Source of the DNA: Candidatus Thorarchaeota archaeon
Lineage (GTDB): Archaea; Asgardarchaeota; Thorarchaeia; Thorarchaeales; Thorarchaeaceae
Length of the DNA stretch: 64,000 nt
Direction of reading: 5' to 3'
NCBI GenBank assembly: GCA_029855935.1
Contig: JAGSHN010000020.1
Coordinates: forward strand, 64,001 to 128,000
The notes under the pieces are model-generated. The model made no database searches. It was not told the DNA's origin and saw only the letters and a program-made list of their open reading frames with translations. Of the stretch, positions 39,246-49,310 are shown piece by piece; the first letter of the stretch is position 1; each line of letters opens with the position of its first letter. Position numbers and translations under genes: made by a program.

Positions 39246-39692
39246 GTGCCTCGAGGAAAAAAGAGAGACGGCGGGCCAAAGAAGAGGCTCTGGATGATGC
39301 CTCAGGAGGTGGAGGTCTGGTACATCCTCCCGGCTATCAGGAGAGAACTCACCCGCATAATGATAGAGCTGGGTACGCCCCAGAAGGACATAGCCAAGAT
39401 ACTCGGGATAACAGAACCAGCAGTGTCGCAGTACAAGCTGAGGCGCGATGAAACATCCAGAGCGCGCGGCGACCAGATACAGATCCCTGAAGAGTTCAGG
39501 CCCTACCTTGAAGAGGCTGCCAAGAAACTGCTTGACGCGTGGAAGAACAGAGGGGAGGGTGAGTACGTCTTTGAAGAGATGACTAGGGAGTTCAACCACC
39601 TCATAGCCCTCCTCAGGAAGAAGGGCGTTATCTGTGAGGTTCATCGTGAACATGCCGAACACGTGAGCGATGTCTGCCACGCCTGCGACTGA
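39246..39692 (+). CDS. Archaeal HTH transcriptional regulator with C-terminal C-x2-H...C-x2-C motif
   Basis: PQEVEVWYILPAIRRELT, QKDIAKILGITEPAVSQY, RG, CEVH...CHAC. Confidence 0.88.
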   Translation: MPRGKKRDGGPKKRLWMMPQEVEVWYILPAIRRELTRIMIELGTPQKDIAKILGITEPAVSQYKLRRDETSRARGDQIQIPEEFRPYLEEAAKKLLDAWKNRGEGEYVFEEMTREFNHLIALLRKKGVICEVHREHAEHVSDVCHACD

Positions 39693-39804
39693 CTGGCGCA
39701 CCAAGAGCCGAGCCGCATCCCGCAATAGTGTCCGTAGAGAATCGGTAAGGTTTTCAGGAACGAACCATCTGCCAATCGGCGAGATTCTTCGCGAGGATAG
39801 GACT

Positions 39805-40542
39805 ATGAGCGGCGAGATCAAGGTAGATAGAGAAGACGCCATCGCAGTAGTCACAATCTCCCGACCGGACAAGCTGAACGCAGTGACCTATGAGATGCTG
39901 AGGGAGTTCGAGGACAAGGTCTCACGACTGCTCAACGACCCGGAGATATTCGTTGTCATCATAACAGGGGAGGGCGAACGCGCCTTCTGTGCGGGGTTCG
40001 ACCTTGAGACAGTGAAGAATCTCCGCAAGGAGGAATACCTTGACTTCTTCAAGCTTCTCGGGAAGGTCGTCGCCGAGGTCCGCGACAACAGGAACTGTAT
40101 CACAATTGCAGCCGTCAACGGCTATGCAGTGGGCTTCGGGGCCATCATATCGGCGGCCTGCGACTTCAGATTCTTCTCGGACAATGCCGGGTTCAAACTC
40201 CCTGAGGTCGACCTGGGGATATTCCCTGGGTCGGGTGCGTCGTCCGGGCTTCTGAGACTAGTAGGGCCATCAAAGGCGAAAGAACTACTACTGACTGGGC
40301 GAATGGTACCCGCTGATGAGGCGCGACATATCGGCATTGCAGACAAGGTCTTCAGCCAAGACGAGCTGATGAAGGAGACACTTGAGTTTGCCCGTGAACT
40401 GGTCGGCAAGGACCGCAAGCTTGTGATCAGGACAAAGACCCTCATCGACGCGATGGTCGGTCACGAGCTGCTAGACGCAGCCGACATTGAGTCTGCATTC
40501 ACAGAGGAGTGGCTGAGAGAGAAGGTCGAGGAACGCGACTGA
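39805..40542 (+). CDS. Enoyl-CoA hydratase/isomerase family protein
   Basis: RPDKLNA, AFCAGFDL, IAAVNGYAVG, PEVDLGIFPG. Start ATG 39805. Confidence 0.92.
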   Translation: MSGEIKVDREDAIAVVTISRPDKLNAVTYEMLREFEDKVSRLLNDPEIFVVIITGEGERAFCAGFDLETVKNLRKEEYLDFFKLLGKVVAEVRDNRNCITIAAVNGYAVGFGAIISAACDFRFFSDNAGFKLPEVDLGIFPGSGASSGLLRLVGPSKAKELLLTGRMVPADEARHIGIADKVFSQDELMKETLEFARELVGKDRKLVIRTKTLIDAMVGHELLDAADIESAFTEEWLREKVEERD

Positions 40543-40687
40543 GTGGAAACTCGTCCCAAATACCAAGATATACTGCGGCGCAACAGAGCAATTGGCGGCG
40601 TTGTGACACTGACCGTACGCCCACCAATGACCCAGGACTGTGGCGTGACCAGTCGTTTCCTGGGGAGCAAAGTCCGAGGTTGGACAC

Positions 40688-41740
40688 ATGCCAGCATTCG
40701 GAACAACCGATCCTGCCAGAGACCTCGTGCTGATGCTCGACACCGGAGTGGTGCTCTACACTCTTCTCTTTGCCGCAGTGTTTGTGGTTCAGTGGCTGAG
40801 AGCGCCACTGAGAAAGTGGACCGACCCGACACTCTCCTGGGCTATCTTCATGGCGGGAATGGCATTCAACAGCGTGTTCTTCATTCTGTCGGACTTCTTC
40901 CTCGCCTTTCCGCCATGGCTCGAGATCACCACGCGACTTGGATACCTGTCTATGATAGTCGCGCTCATCGCGTTCTTCTTTGTCATAGAGACAATCATTC
41001 CCTACACGCGCTACCACATTGCGTCCGGGCTGGGCGTATTCTTTGCTGTACTGACCATCGTCATTCCCTTCGACCTGATGGACGCTGTCGCACTCATCGC
41101 CAGCCTGGAGACAATGCTCATCCTGTCGCTGTTCCTCCTCTACGCAATCCGCAACACGAGCGGACGAGTTAGACGAAGTATGGAGACGATAGCGGTTGGT
41201 TTCCTCATTGGCTTTCTTGGCTACATCGGGCGCAGCGAGTTTGCATACAACAGCCTCGGGCCGAGTATCTATCTCCTCGCCGCTGTTTTTCTCGTTGCGG
41301 GGCTGCTGCTGTTGGGCGCCACCGTCCTGAGCTCACCCTCCCTTGACGAACTGAACTGGCGAGAACAGCTGCTTGAGTTGTACGTCATAGGTTCAGCAGG
41401 GCTCTTGCTCTACGACCACACATTTCAGCCCGCGACGGATATGGACAGACACCTTGCCGCGGCTGGCATCGCGGGTGTGCAGCTGCTCTTCAAGGAGATA
41501 CTCAATAGCAGGGAGGGGCTCAACTCGCTGGCCGTTGGCGACACTCACGTGATGTTCGGTCACGGAGAGGGCTTCACCGTTGTGCTCATAGCTCGGAAGC
41601 CGTACCGCATCCTTGCTGACAAGATCATCCAGTTCATCCAGATGCTCGAGCTGGTCTTCAGAAGAGAGTTGACCGAGGAGACAGTCCGGCCAATCGACCC
41701 GGAAAGAGCGGGAAGAATAGTGAGTGCGGTGTTTGCATAG
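40688..41740 (+). CDS. 7-TM membrane protein with C-terminal cytoplasmic longin domain
   Basis: Seven hydrophobic helices, then LYVIGSAGLLLY...LAAAGIAGVQLLFKEI...VVLIARK...FIQMLELVF (longin pattern). Confidence 0.75.
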   Translation: MPAFGTTDPARDLVLMLDTGVVLYTLLFAAVFVVQWLRAPLRKWTDPTLSWAIFMAGMAFNSVFFILSDFFLAFPPWLEITTRLGYLSMIVALIAFFFVIETIIPYTRYHIASGLGVFFAVLTIVIPFDLMDAVALIASLETMLILSLFLLYAIRNTSGRVRRSMETIAVGFLIGFLGYIGRSEFAYNSLGPSIYLLAAVFLVAGLLLLGATVLSSPSLDELNWREQLLELYVIGSAGLLLYDHTFQPATDMDRHLAAAGIAGVQLLFKEILNSREGLNSLAVGDTHVMFGHGEGFTVVLIARKPYRILADKIIQFIQMLELVFRRELTEETVRPIDPERAGRIVSAVFA

Positions 41741-41819
41741 TAGTCCTGATCAGCCACGCGATGACCGAGCCGCTAGACATTAATGTGACTTGACCCTCTC
41801 ATCTAGACTGTGATTGGAG

Positions 41820-42200
41820 ATGTCACGCAGCGTCGTTGCCACGAAAAAGGCGCCCGCAGCTATTGGCCCGTACTCACAGGCCATCACTGCGGGTGGGTTC
41901 GTCTTTTGCTCTGGTCAGATTCCCATAGACCCCCAGTCTGGCAATCTTGTGACGGGGCCGATAACTGAACAGACCCGACAGGTCCTAGAGAATCTGAGCG
42001 CAATCCTCGAGACGGCAGGGTCGTCGATGGAGAAGGTTGTCAAGGTCACGGTCTATCTTCGTGACATCAACGACTTTGCCGAGATGAACGCGGAGTACGC
42101 AAAGTGGTTCCCCTCCGACCCACCAGCGAGGGCCGCGGTGCAGGTCGCAAGGCTCCCCAAGGATGTCGGAATAGAGATTGAGGCCATAGCGATGCTGTAG
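41820..42200 (+). CDS. ridA: RidA/YjgF/UK114 enamine-imine deaminase
   Basis: [35 protein letters not shown]. Confidence 0.95.
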   Translation: MSRSVVATKKAPAAIGPYSQAITAGGFVFCSGQIPIDPQSGNLVTGPITEQTRQVLENLSAILETAGSSMEKVVKVTVYLRDINDFAEMNAEYAKWFPSDPPARAAVQVARLPKDVGIEIEAIAML

Positions 42201-42294
42201 ACCGCGAATTGTGCCATCAGAGGAACCTTTTTCTTGGCTTCTGCGGCCGCAGCCGCAATGGGCCTCGTGGGGTCCGAGCTTGGAGAACACCACT

Positions 42295-42915
42295 ATGCAC
42301 GAACGCATCTCGCGCCGCGGAATTTCACATATTCTCGCAGAGGCGGCCACTCTCATGTCGCAGGCGAGATACCGCGAGGCAAGAGAGACTCTGCAGATAG
42401 GTGTTTCACTTGACCCGTCAAACAAACAGCTCTGGCGAGAGATTGTCACCTGTAGTATTGCAATGAGGAGACCAAAGGACGCCATCTCCGCCCTCGACCA
42501 GATCGTACGGATCGACCCGAATGCGGAGGACGCGTGGACTGACAAGGCCTACCTTCACATACTCCTCGACGAGAAAGATCGTGGCATCGAGGCCCTGGAG
42601 AGGAGTCTGAGGCTCCATCCCAGAGACCACAGGAAGTGGTATCTCCTCGCCACCATCCATATGTCCGTTGGGGACTGGCAGTCAGCCACCATTGCGCTTG
42701 AGCGCGCCCTGCAGCTCGACCCAAACTCTGCCGCTGCGTGGTACAACTACGCAGTCTGTTTCTTCTTCCAAGACGAATACGAAAATGCTCTCGCGGCAGC
42801 GGAGATGGCCTTCGCCCTCGACCCCGTCTTGGAACAGGTGGCGGACAGCTGGCTTCAGGTCATCAGGGCTGACGAAGTAGCCCACGAGTCTGATATCGTA
42901 GCGGTGGCCGGGTAG
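42295..42915 (+). CDS. Tetratricopeptide repeat protein
   Basis: About 5 TPRs (A...L..DP...AW pattern). Probable start ATG 42295. Confidence 0.88.
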   Translation: MHERISRRGISHILAEAATLMSQARYREARETLQIGVSLDPSNKQLWREIVTCSIAMRRPKDAISALDQIVRIDPNAEDAWTDKAYLHILLDEKDRGIEALERSLRLHPRDHRKWYLLATIHMSVGDWQSATIALERALQLDPNSAAAWYNYAVCFFFQDEYENALAAAEMAFALDPVLEQVADSWLQVIRADEVAHESDIVAVAG

Positions 42916-42999
42916 GAACTCGGACGTCAGATGGGAGGCAGTCTAGTCACCAACAATGTACGGAAATAACCCTCTCCGAGAGAATATCAGGCGGCTGCA

Positions 43000-44919
43000 C
43001 TACGAGTCTGTCCCCTCTGCGGTAGATGCCATCTCCGAGACCGATGAGTCTGCGGAGCCATTCAGACCACGCAGGGCCTCAAGCTCGTTGCGGAGATTCC
43101 GAATCTCCTCCTTCAGCTTGAACTGCTTCGCCGTCTCAAGGGCCTGATTCAGCGCTTGAACCAATGCCTCATATTCACGTTGTCGCTCTGTCGGGTCCTT
43201 CAGGGAGGCAATCTGATCTCGTTTACGTGGTACGAGCCGGAGAAGACCGCTGATTGCAGCAATGGCCTCATCCCTACTCTGAAGTTCGCGCTCCTCCTCC
43301 TCGTCAGCCGCACTTACGATACGTGTGATCTGGTCGCGGAGATGCTCGTACTCTTTCAGGGCGGACGTGAGAATCTCCCGGACCTCCTTGTCTTCCGCTG
43401 ATGTCTTCTCAAGCTCCCCCTTCAGCCTCTCCACCACTGACTCGAGGAACTGTCTTCGCGCGTCCAACTTCGTGCGCCTGCGCTCCATCCAGCGCCACTC
43501 GGACAGAATGTGCTTGACGAGGGCCTCTGCCTGATTTATCTTCTCCTTGTATTTCTCGGCCTTCTCCATCGCCGCCCTGAGGTCCTCCTCAAGCGTGTCC
43601 GCTATGAACGCGAGATGATAGCTCAGGATGTCCCCCGCACGTGCCTCCGCGAGGACACGGCTCTCCTTCACGGCCCTCTTGGCCTCATCCCACAGGGCCT
43701 CCAGCTCCGAGTCCTCAAGTTCTGTGCGGCCCCTCATCTCGAACTCGTCCGAGACCTGCTCAACCCGTTTCTGGAGTTCCTGAAGCTCCGTAATCTTAGA
43801 CCGAATGAGCGCTCTACCCAGCTTCCGGTTTAGCTCGCGGGTCAGCTTCTCACGTTCGTTCGGCACCTCAAGGAGAGCGTGAGTGTTGTCGATGAGCATC
43901 TGCAGCGCCAGCTCGTACTGTGCAACCGCCTCGGCAAACTGGCCCTTCTGCACGAGCTCATCGCCGCGCTTCTTCTGAACCAGCACACTCTCAAGAACGT
44001 CGTAGGGAGAGGTCTTGAGAGGGCCCTGTGCAAAGTCAACATTGATACTCGTTTCAAGGTCGTGGCCTGCTACGCCGTACAAGACCTGGCAGACGAGCAA
44101 GGATCCGCCTGTGCCCACGTAGATCTGATCGTGGTCAACATCAACAGACTCTATTCTCTCGCCACCTGTATCCAGACGCCCAATCATCTGGCCCGTCTGC
44201 ACCACCCAGATGGTGACCAGTTCCTGAGCGGATGCGGCGACCAGATAGTAGTCGTTGGCCCAGAGAGCAGCCACGGGTTGTGACACAACGTGAGGAAGCA
44301 CCCGGGCGAGTGTCCAGTCCTCTCTCTGCCAGAGTTCGATGTCGCCGTTCCCGAGGCCGGCAATCACAAATTCTTTGTTTCCAGCGAGTGCGGTACAGCG
44401 TTCCTTTGAGTTCAACTCCTTCATTCTTGAGGGGGCTGCACCATTCCTACGTTGCCAGACAACCACATTGCCCTTCTTCTTGTCAGACGTGCAGATGATA
44501 GTGTCGTCGACCCACAGCCCGGTGAGCTCGGACTTGTACAGCTGCCAGCTTGAAGTCTCGTGTGTCTCCTTGTTTATAGAGACAATGCGCCCCTCCCGAG
44601 AGCCGACCAAGAACGTGTCGTGATACATGGTCGACACAAGGGCTTGATAGCTGAGCTCAAACCAACCGACCATCCCCCAGCTCGCCCTGCTCCAGACATA
44701 GACCCGCTTCCCGCACGTCGCGTAGACATTATCCGCGTCAACATGCACAGCAAGCGGAGGCGAACTGGTCTCTCCGAGCGTGGCCACCAGTGACCAGTCC
44801 TTCTTCGACCATACTCTGACAACGTTGTCGCGACAGGCTGCGTAGACGTGGTCCGTATCGTGTGTGATACTGACGACATCAGCCTCAAGATCCACCATCC
44901 TCTCTATGGTGAGAGGCAT
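43000..44919 (-). CDS. WD40 beta-propeller + MIT/TPR-like helical domain + coiled coil
   Basis: Repeats D..VRVW / VYVW / GDIELW / VTIW in the N-terminal 300 aa; RGDELVQKGQFAEAVAQYELALQML; charged heptads. Start ATG 44919. Confidence 0.8.
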   Translation of the reverse strand: MPLTIERMVDLEADVVSITHDTDHVYAACRDNVVRVWSKKDWSLVATLGETSSPPLAVHVDADNVYATCGKRVYVWSRASWGMVGWFELSYQALVSTMYHDTFLVGSREGRIVSINKETHETSSWQLYKSELTGLWVDDTIICTSDKKKGNVVVWQRRNGAAPSRMKELNSKERCTALAGNKEFVIAGLGNGDIELWQREDWTLARVLPHVVSQPVAALWANDYYLVAASAQELVTIWVVQTGQMIGRLDTGGERIESVDVDHDQIYVGTGGSLLVCQVLYGVAGHDLETSINVDFAQGPLKTSPYDVLESVLVQKKRGDELVQKGQFAEAVAQYELALQMLIDNTHALLEVPNEREKLTRELNRKLGRALIRSKITELQELQKRVEQVSDEFEMRGRTELEDSELEALWDEAKRAVKESRVLAEARAGDILSYHLAFIADTLEEDLRAAMEKAEKYKEKINQAEALVKHILSEWRWMERRRTKLDARRQFLESVVERLKGELEKTSAEDKEVREILTSALKEYEHLRDQITRIVSAADEEEERELQSRDEAIAAISGLLRLVPRKRDQIASLKDPTERQREYEALVQALNQALETAKQFKLKEEIRNLRNELEALRGLNGSADSSVSEMASTAEGTDS

Positions 44920-45228
44920 GGTCCCGTCTGCACCTCCCGGAGAACTCGTCATGTTACCGACCTGCGGGCAGTGATTGCTGTTTAGAAAACGGGTCCGGTC
45001 CCGTTTAAGGCGTTTTCTAGTTGCCGAAAATACGGTGCATCATTCGAAAAACACGGGGACCGGTCCGGATATGGTGAGACAGGCTGATTCTGCCAGCCAG
45101 TGCCCCTTGTTCCTGACGGTCACGACCGGATGTGGGGACTATTTCCTCAGACTGCCCGTCAACATCCAGAATACACTTAAGATAGGCATCATTTCCAGAT
45201 TCAGCCGCACTAACAGGAGGAAGACTAT

Positions 45229-47919
45229 TTGGACTCTCGAAAGTGGCGAAGAGAGCTAGACCGTCTCTCTGAGATAAAAGGGATGCTCGTCACCATAGAT
45301 CCCGCACTTGACGAACAGACTGACAGGATAATGAACCAACTCTACGACGTCTTCGCACGCCTCACGCGGGCCGAGAACGAGCTCGCAAGTGCAGGGTTTA
45401 TGAAACGGAGGAAGCTTCAGTCGGTGGTCAAGAAGGCCAATAGCGACCTTGAGGAGGACTTTATGCGTGCCGTCAGAGAACTAGGGGAACTCTTCAGGAA
45501 AGAACACAGGGAGATCTCTACTCTTCTTCCCAAGCTGACAGCCCTTCGACCTATCGAGGCAAAGGCACTCTCCACAGTCGCGTTTCCGTCGATTGGTGCA
45601 GGAGACTTCTCCGACGCCGAGAGCCTGTACGACTTCGCGGGCAAGTTCACGAAGAGGTATTCGCTTCTCCATCAGGAGATCACAAGGATGGTGAAGAACC
45701 TCCTCGACGAGAACAAGGGTATGGTAGACACCTACGAGCGTCACGTCACTATTGACAGGGGAGAGGTCTCGACCTCGGTCGCCACTGAAGATGTCACATC
45801 GCTCTCGCTTAGGGAGCTTCTCATTCTTCACGAGAAGCTGCTGAAGGAGAGAGAGTATCTCGACAGTCGAAAGGACGAGGTCAGCAGGATGCTTGCCACC
45901 TCACTGTTGTCAGAGGTAGAGGCTCTTCAGGCATCGGTGAGCACAGCCTCAAGATTCGGCCTCGACCTGCCTGTAGACTTCACCCACAAGCTGAGGCTCC
46001 TCGCGCGAGAGGCCTCGTCAGCCACCGATCTGACCACGCTGCTCACGCTTGAGGCACAGCTGCGCACAGCAGAGTCCCAGATGGCGAATATGCTCAGAGA
46101 CAGAATCATCAATGTGAAGCACGAGGTCACGACAAGGATAGTGGACGGGGGGATACCGACCAGCGCGGACATAATTCCTCCCGCGCCAGTTCTCGAACTC
46201 GAGACGGACGACATCGCCACGCTTCTCTCTGCATACCAGAGGATGATGGAGTGGCAGGGCCAAGTGCGCATCGCCCTCAAGGACAAGGTTGAAGAACTCC
46301 TTGAGGAACTCAACCGGGCCAGCGATGTCCCGAAGGACACTGGCATAACCGACGTGGTCGGTCTAAGGAAGTTCATCGCCGATTCGCGCGCAAAGCTCGA
46401 CTCGGCCCAGATAGACGAACTGGTGCGAATCTACACCACTGCCAAGGGGATTCACGAGAAGGCTGTCAAGTTCGTCACGGACAAGATACGCGAATACATC
46501 GCCAGATTCAACGAGCTTGCCACATCTGCCGACAGGGTGCTTGACTATGCACAGTTGAGCAAGAAGGCGCCCAAGGTGGAGGAACTGCAGGGTAGCATAG
46601 TGTACCTTCTAGAGTCGTTGAACCGGCTCAGGGAGGCCGTGGACAGCGGTGTGGCTACATTCAGAGACGCGTGCCTGCAGGAGATTGACGCCATAATCCA
46701 AGACCTTCAGACTATCAAGCCTGCCTACGCAGAGATCTTTGTCCCCATAACACGGGACCTTGAAGAGGGCGCAGATAGAATCAAGACGCTCAATGACTTC
46801 GCCCAGATCAGGGGTGAGATGAGGGCCATAAAAGATGGCATCCTTGTCAAGGCCAAAGAGGCCCTTGAGAACCTCAGATACAGGCTCGGTGTGAAGATCA
46901 GGCTCGCCGCAGCCAAGCTGATGGGAGCCGGTTTCGAGATACCAAAGGAGGCACAGGAGGCCATTGCCGAGCTCAACAGCATCGGTGTGGCTGCTGATAA
47001 TGTCTTCAGCCTGCCGACTATCGCACGCAAGATGGTGGAGCTGTATGAACGCAAGATCAGCAAGACGGTCATCGACACGCTGATTGAGAAGATCGAGGAG
47101 CTCATCAACAGCTTTGAGAAGGCCAAGGACATCGGTGTGGAGGTCGACTCGGAGCTTGAGACACTCTACGCAATTCGCGACAACCCACCGAGAGACCTCG
47201 AAGAGGCGGCAGAGGCCTTCGACAAGATCATGCAGATGACCACATCCGAGAGGCTGCATGAGAAGATCAAGGAACGGGCGAATCAGGCGTATGTGCAGAT
47301 AGGAGGTGCCCTGTCAATCTTTGAGAGGCTCGGGATGTCTGAGTTTGTCGGGCGACTCAAGACGCTTCTTGAGGAGGTGCCCCAGCAGCTTGAGCATCAG
47401 AGCAAACACATCAACGAGGCTCTTGAGGTGTGCCTCACTCTCGCAAGTGTACAGAATGAGATGCTCACTGTGATCAAGGGTGTTGCCGAGAAAGAGAGCC
47501 AGCGCTTCGAACAGAGGCTGAGAAACGCAAGCAATTACTACTCGACCATAGAGAGAGTCATCGAGAAATATCCAAAGGACTTCTCACGCCTCGTCTTCCC
47601 GGTTGAGCGTATCCAGCAGCTCGAGCAGCAGATGAGGGAGACAACCGACCTTGAGGAGGCACTCCAGGTCTTCGAGATGCTCCAAGAGCTCAGAGAGGAG
47701 TGGTTGCACCAGGTCGAGAAGATGGACGACTGGCACAAGAGCCTGAGAATGTATATGACAGGATTTAGTCCGACAATGAGTGCAGACGCTCGCGAGAAGT
47801 TCATTGAGGAACAGGTCAAGAAGATACGAGAGACCTTCAGTAGAGAGGACATCAGTTCCTATCTGTCGTGGGCACTCAGAGAGATTGCAGAGACAATGAC
47901 CAGGGCAAGGGAACAATGA
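45229..47919 (+). CDS. Large all-alpha helical-repeat / coiled-coil protein (896 aa)
   Basis: Long uninterrupted ORF, E/K/L/A-rich, no TM and no NTPase motif; recurrent helix-G(L/F/V)(D/E)-helix turns. Confidence 0.8.
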   Translation: MDSRKWRRELDRLSEIKGMLVTIDPALDEQTDRIMNQLYDVFARLTRAENELASAGFMKRRKLQSVVKKANSDLEEDFMRAVRELGELFRKEHREISTLLPKLTALRPIEAKALSTVAFPSIGAGDFSDAESLYDFAGKFTKRYSLLHQEITRMVKNLLDENKGMVDTYERHVTIDRGEVSTSVATEDVTSLSLRELLILHEKLLKEREYLDSRKDEVSRMLATSLLSEVEALQASVSTASRFGLDLPVDFTHKLRLLAREASSATDLTTLLTLEAQLRTAESQMANMLRDRIINVKHEVTTRIVDGGIPTSADIIPPAPVLELETDDIATLLSAYQRMMEWQGQVRIALKDKVEELLEELNRASDVPKDTGITDVVGLRKFIADSRAKLDSAQIDELVRIYTTAKGIHEKAVKFVTDKIREYIARFNELATSADRVLDYAQLSKKAPKVEELQGSIVYLLESLNRLREAVDSGVATFRDACLQEIDAIIQDLQTIKPAYAEIFVPITRDLEEGADRIKTLNDFAQIRGEMRAIKDGILVKAKEALENLRYRLGVKIRLAAAKLMGAGFEIPKEAQEAIAELNSIGVAADNVFSLPTIARKMVELYERKISKTVIDTLIEKIEELINSFEKAKDIGVEVDSELETLYAIRDNPPRDLEEAAEAFDKIMQMTTSERLHEKIKERANQAYVQIGGALSIFERLGMSEFVGRLKTLLEEVPQQLEHQSKHINEALEVCLTLASVQNEMLTVIKGVAEKESQRFEQRLRNASNYYSTIERVIEKYPKDFSRLVFPVERIQQLEQQMRETTDLEEALQVFEMLQELREEWLHQVEKMDDWHKSLRMYMTGFSPTMSADAREKFIEEQVKKIRETFSREDISSYLSWALREIAETMTRAREQ

Positions 47920-47924
47920 GGTAG

Positions 47925-49310
47925 GTGACAGGAATGCAAAGGAGAAGCGGTGAGGAAGACACCACCAAGGCAGCCGAGGTCTTTGCCATCGGCATCGGAG
48001 AGTGCGGTTCGAACATTGTGGGATCGTACCTAAAGGCCAGCCGCGACAGGAGGCTGCCACAGCGTGTGCGCGGCTACCTGTTGATGAACACTGACAGAGC
48101 AGACCTGACGAAGGTCCGCGAGAAATACGGCATTCCGAAGGAGCACACGATGCTATACGGTGCCAGCGAGATCGGTGTCGGTGGCCGCTTTATGGACGGC
48201 TACAATGCCGTGATGGAGTCAAAGGACATCATCTTTGACCAGCTGAGCAACTTGGGTTTCGAAGGCGTCTCGGGCTTCTGTATCTTCACCAGCCTCGGTG
48301 GAGGCACCGGGTGCGGCGGCACTCCTGCCCTGATAGAGCTTCTCAAGCAGCGCTTTCAGGAGGAGGAGGGAAGACGTATCTTTGTGTACGTCATCGGCGT
48401 GTTGCCCTTCGAGGGACAGTCCTCTGAGGCGCTCAACTCCATCTGGGCCGTGTCGAAGCTGCTGAGGCTGCAGCTCCAGGAACGTGGAGCAGACCTGACG
48501 ATCCTGCTGAGCAACAGAACGATGCTCAGAAGAATCCTACAATCCCGTACGGCCGACAGTGTTGACTACCTTCAGAGGGAGCTCAATATTGACATCGCGG
48601 ACATATCCCAGATAGAGAAGATGGTACCCTCGACCCTTGACTCTGCGGGCGAGCTTGAGCAGAGGACAGAGCAGGCTTTTGTCGAGCTCGTCAACCCGCT
48701 CGCGTTGGATGTCGTCGAGGCGATGCTCTCGCCGGGTGTCCACGAGCCCAACAAAGACGTCTTCCCGACGACCGACCTGGCTGACTATGCACGCAAGCTC
48801 GATCCTGTTGTGGTCCCCGCACTCTATACCGATGTCGGTCTGATTCCGGACGCGGGCAGCATGCCACAGCAGCTGAAAGCGATGATAGACTACGCTGTCA
48901 AGGAGTGCTCCTATGCCGATGTTGGTGACCAGCCCAACGCGGAGAGCGTCTACTACGTCTTCAGCGGCCCAAGACACATCTCAAAGGCCGAGTTTGGGAT
49001 GCACCTCAAGGAGGCCCTTGACAAGTTCATTGCACCAGGTGCTGCCATCACACCGTGCTACGTTCAATACGAGAACCCCGATGCACCAGTGAATCTGCTC
49101 CTATTGCTTGGTCTGCCCAAGATACCAGAGCTTATTCAGCTGATCAATGAGGCCACCCAGCTCGTCAACCTTCACAGTGGTCCTTCGCCACTGAAACAGA
49201 GCTGGTTTATGCGCTCAAAGGGCGTGCCCAGGAAGGAGCTTGTGAACGCCATCAATGACTTCAGGGAACTGTTCAGCTACTACATGGATGCAGGCACTCC
49301 AGTTCAGTGA
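47925..49310 (+). CDS. Divergent tubulin/FtsZ-superfamily GTPase
   Basis: GIGECGSNI (T1), MNTD (T2), GVGG (T3), SLGGGTGCG (T4 signature), VLPF, LSN, TTDLAD (T7-like). Confidence 0.88.
   Translation: MTGMQRRSGEEDTTKAAEVFAIGIGECGSNIVGSYLKASRDRRLPQRVRGYLLMNTDRADLTKVREKYGIPKEHTMLYGASEIGVGGRFMDGYNAVMESKDIIFDQLSNLGFEGVSGFCIFTSLGGGTGCGGTPALIELLKQRFQEEEGRRIFVYVIGVLPFEGQSSEALNSIWAVSKLLRLQLQERGADLTILLSNRTMLRRILQSRTADSVDYLQRELNIDIADISQIEKMVPSTLDSAGELEQRTEQAFVELVNPLALDVVEAMLSPGVHEPNKDVFPTTDLADYARKLDPVVVPALYTDVGLIPDAGSMPQQLKAMIDYAVKECSYADVGDQPNAESVYYVFSGPRHISKAEFGMHLKEALDKFIAPGAAITPCYVQYENPDAPVNLLLLLGLPKIPELIQLINEATQLVNLHSGPSPLKQSWFMRSKGVPRKELVNAINDFRELFSYYMDAGTPVQ

Noticed and set aside
45229-47919. SMC/Rad50 or dynamin-like ATPase/GTPase
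   Set aside because: No Walker A/B, signature or G1-G4 motifs are visible.
47925-49310. Assigning ftsZ, cetZ or tubulin as gene symbol
   Set aside because: The motifs are mixed and divergent; the subfamily cannot be assigned without a phylogeny.
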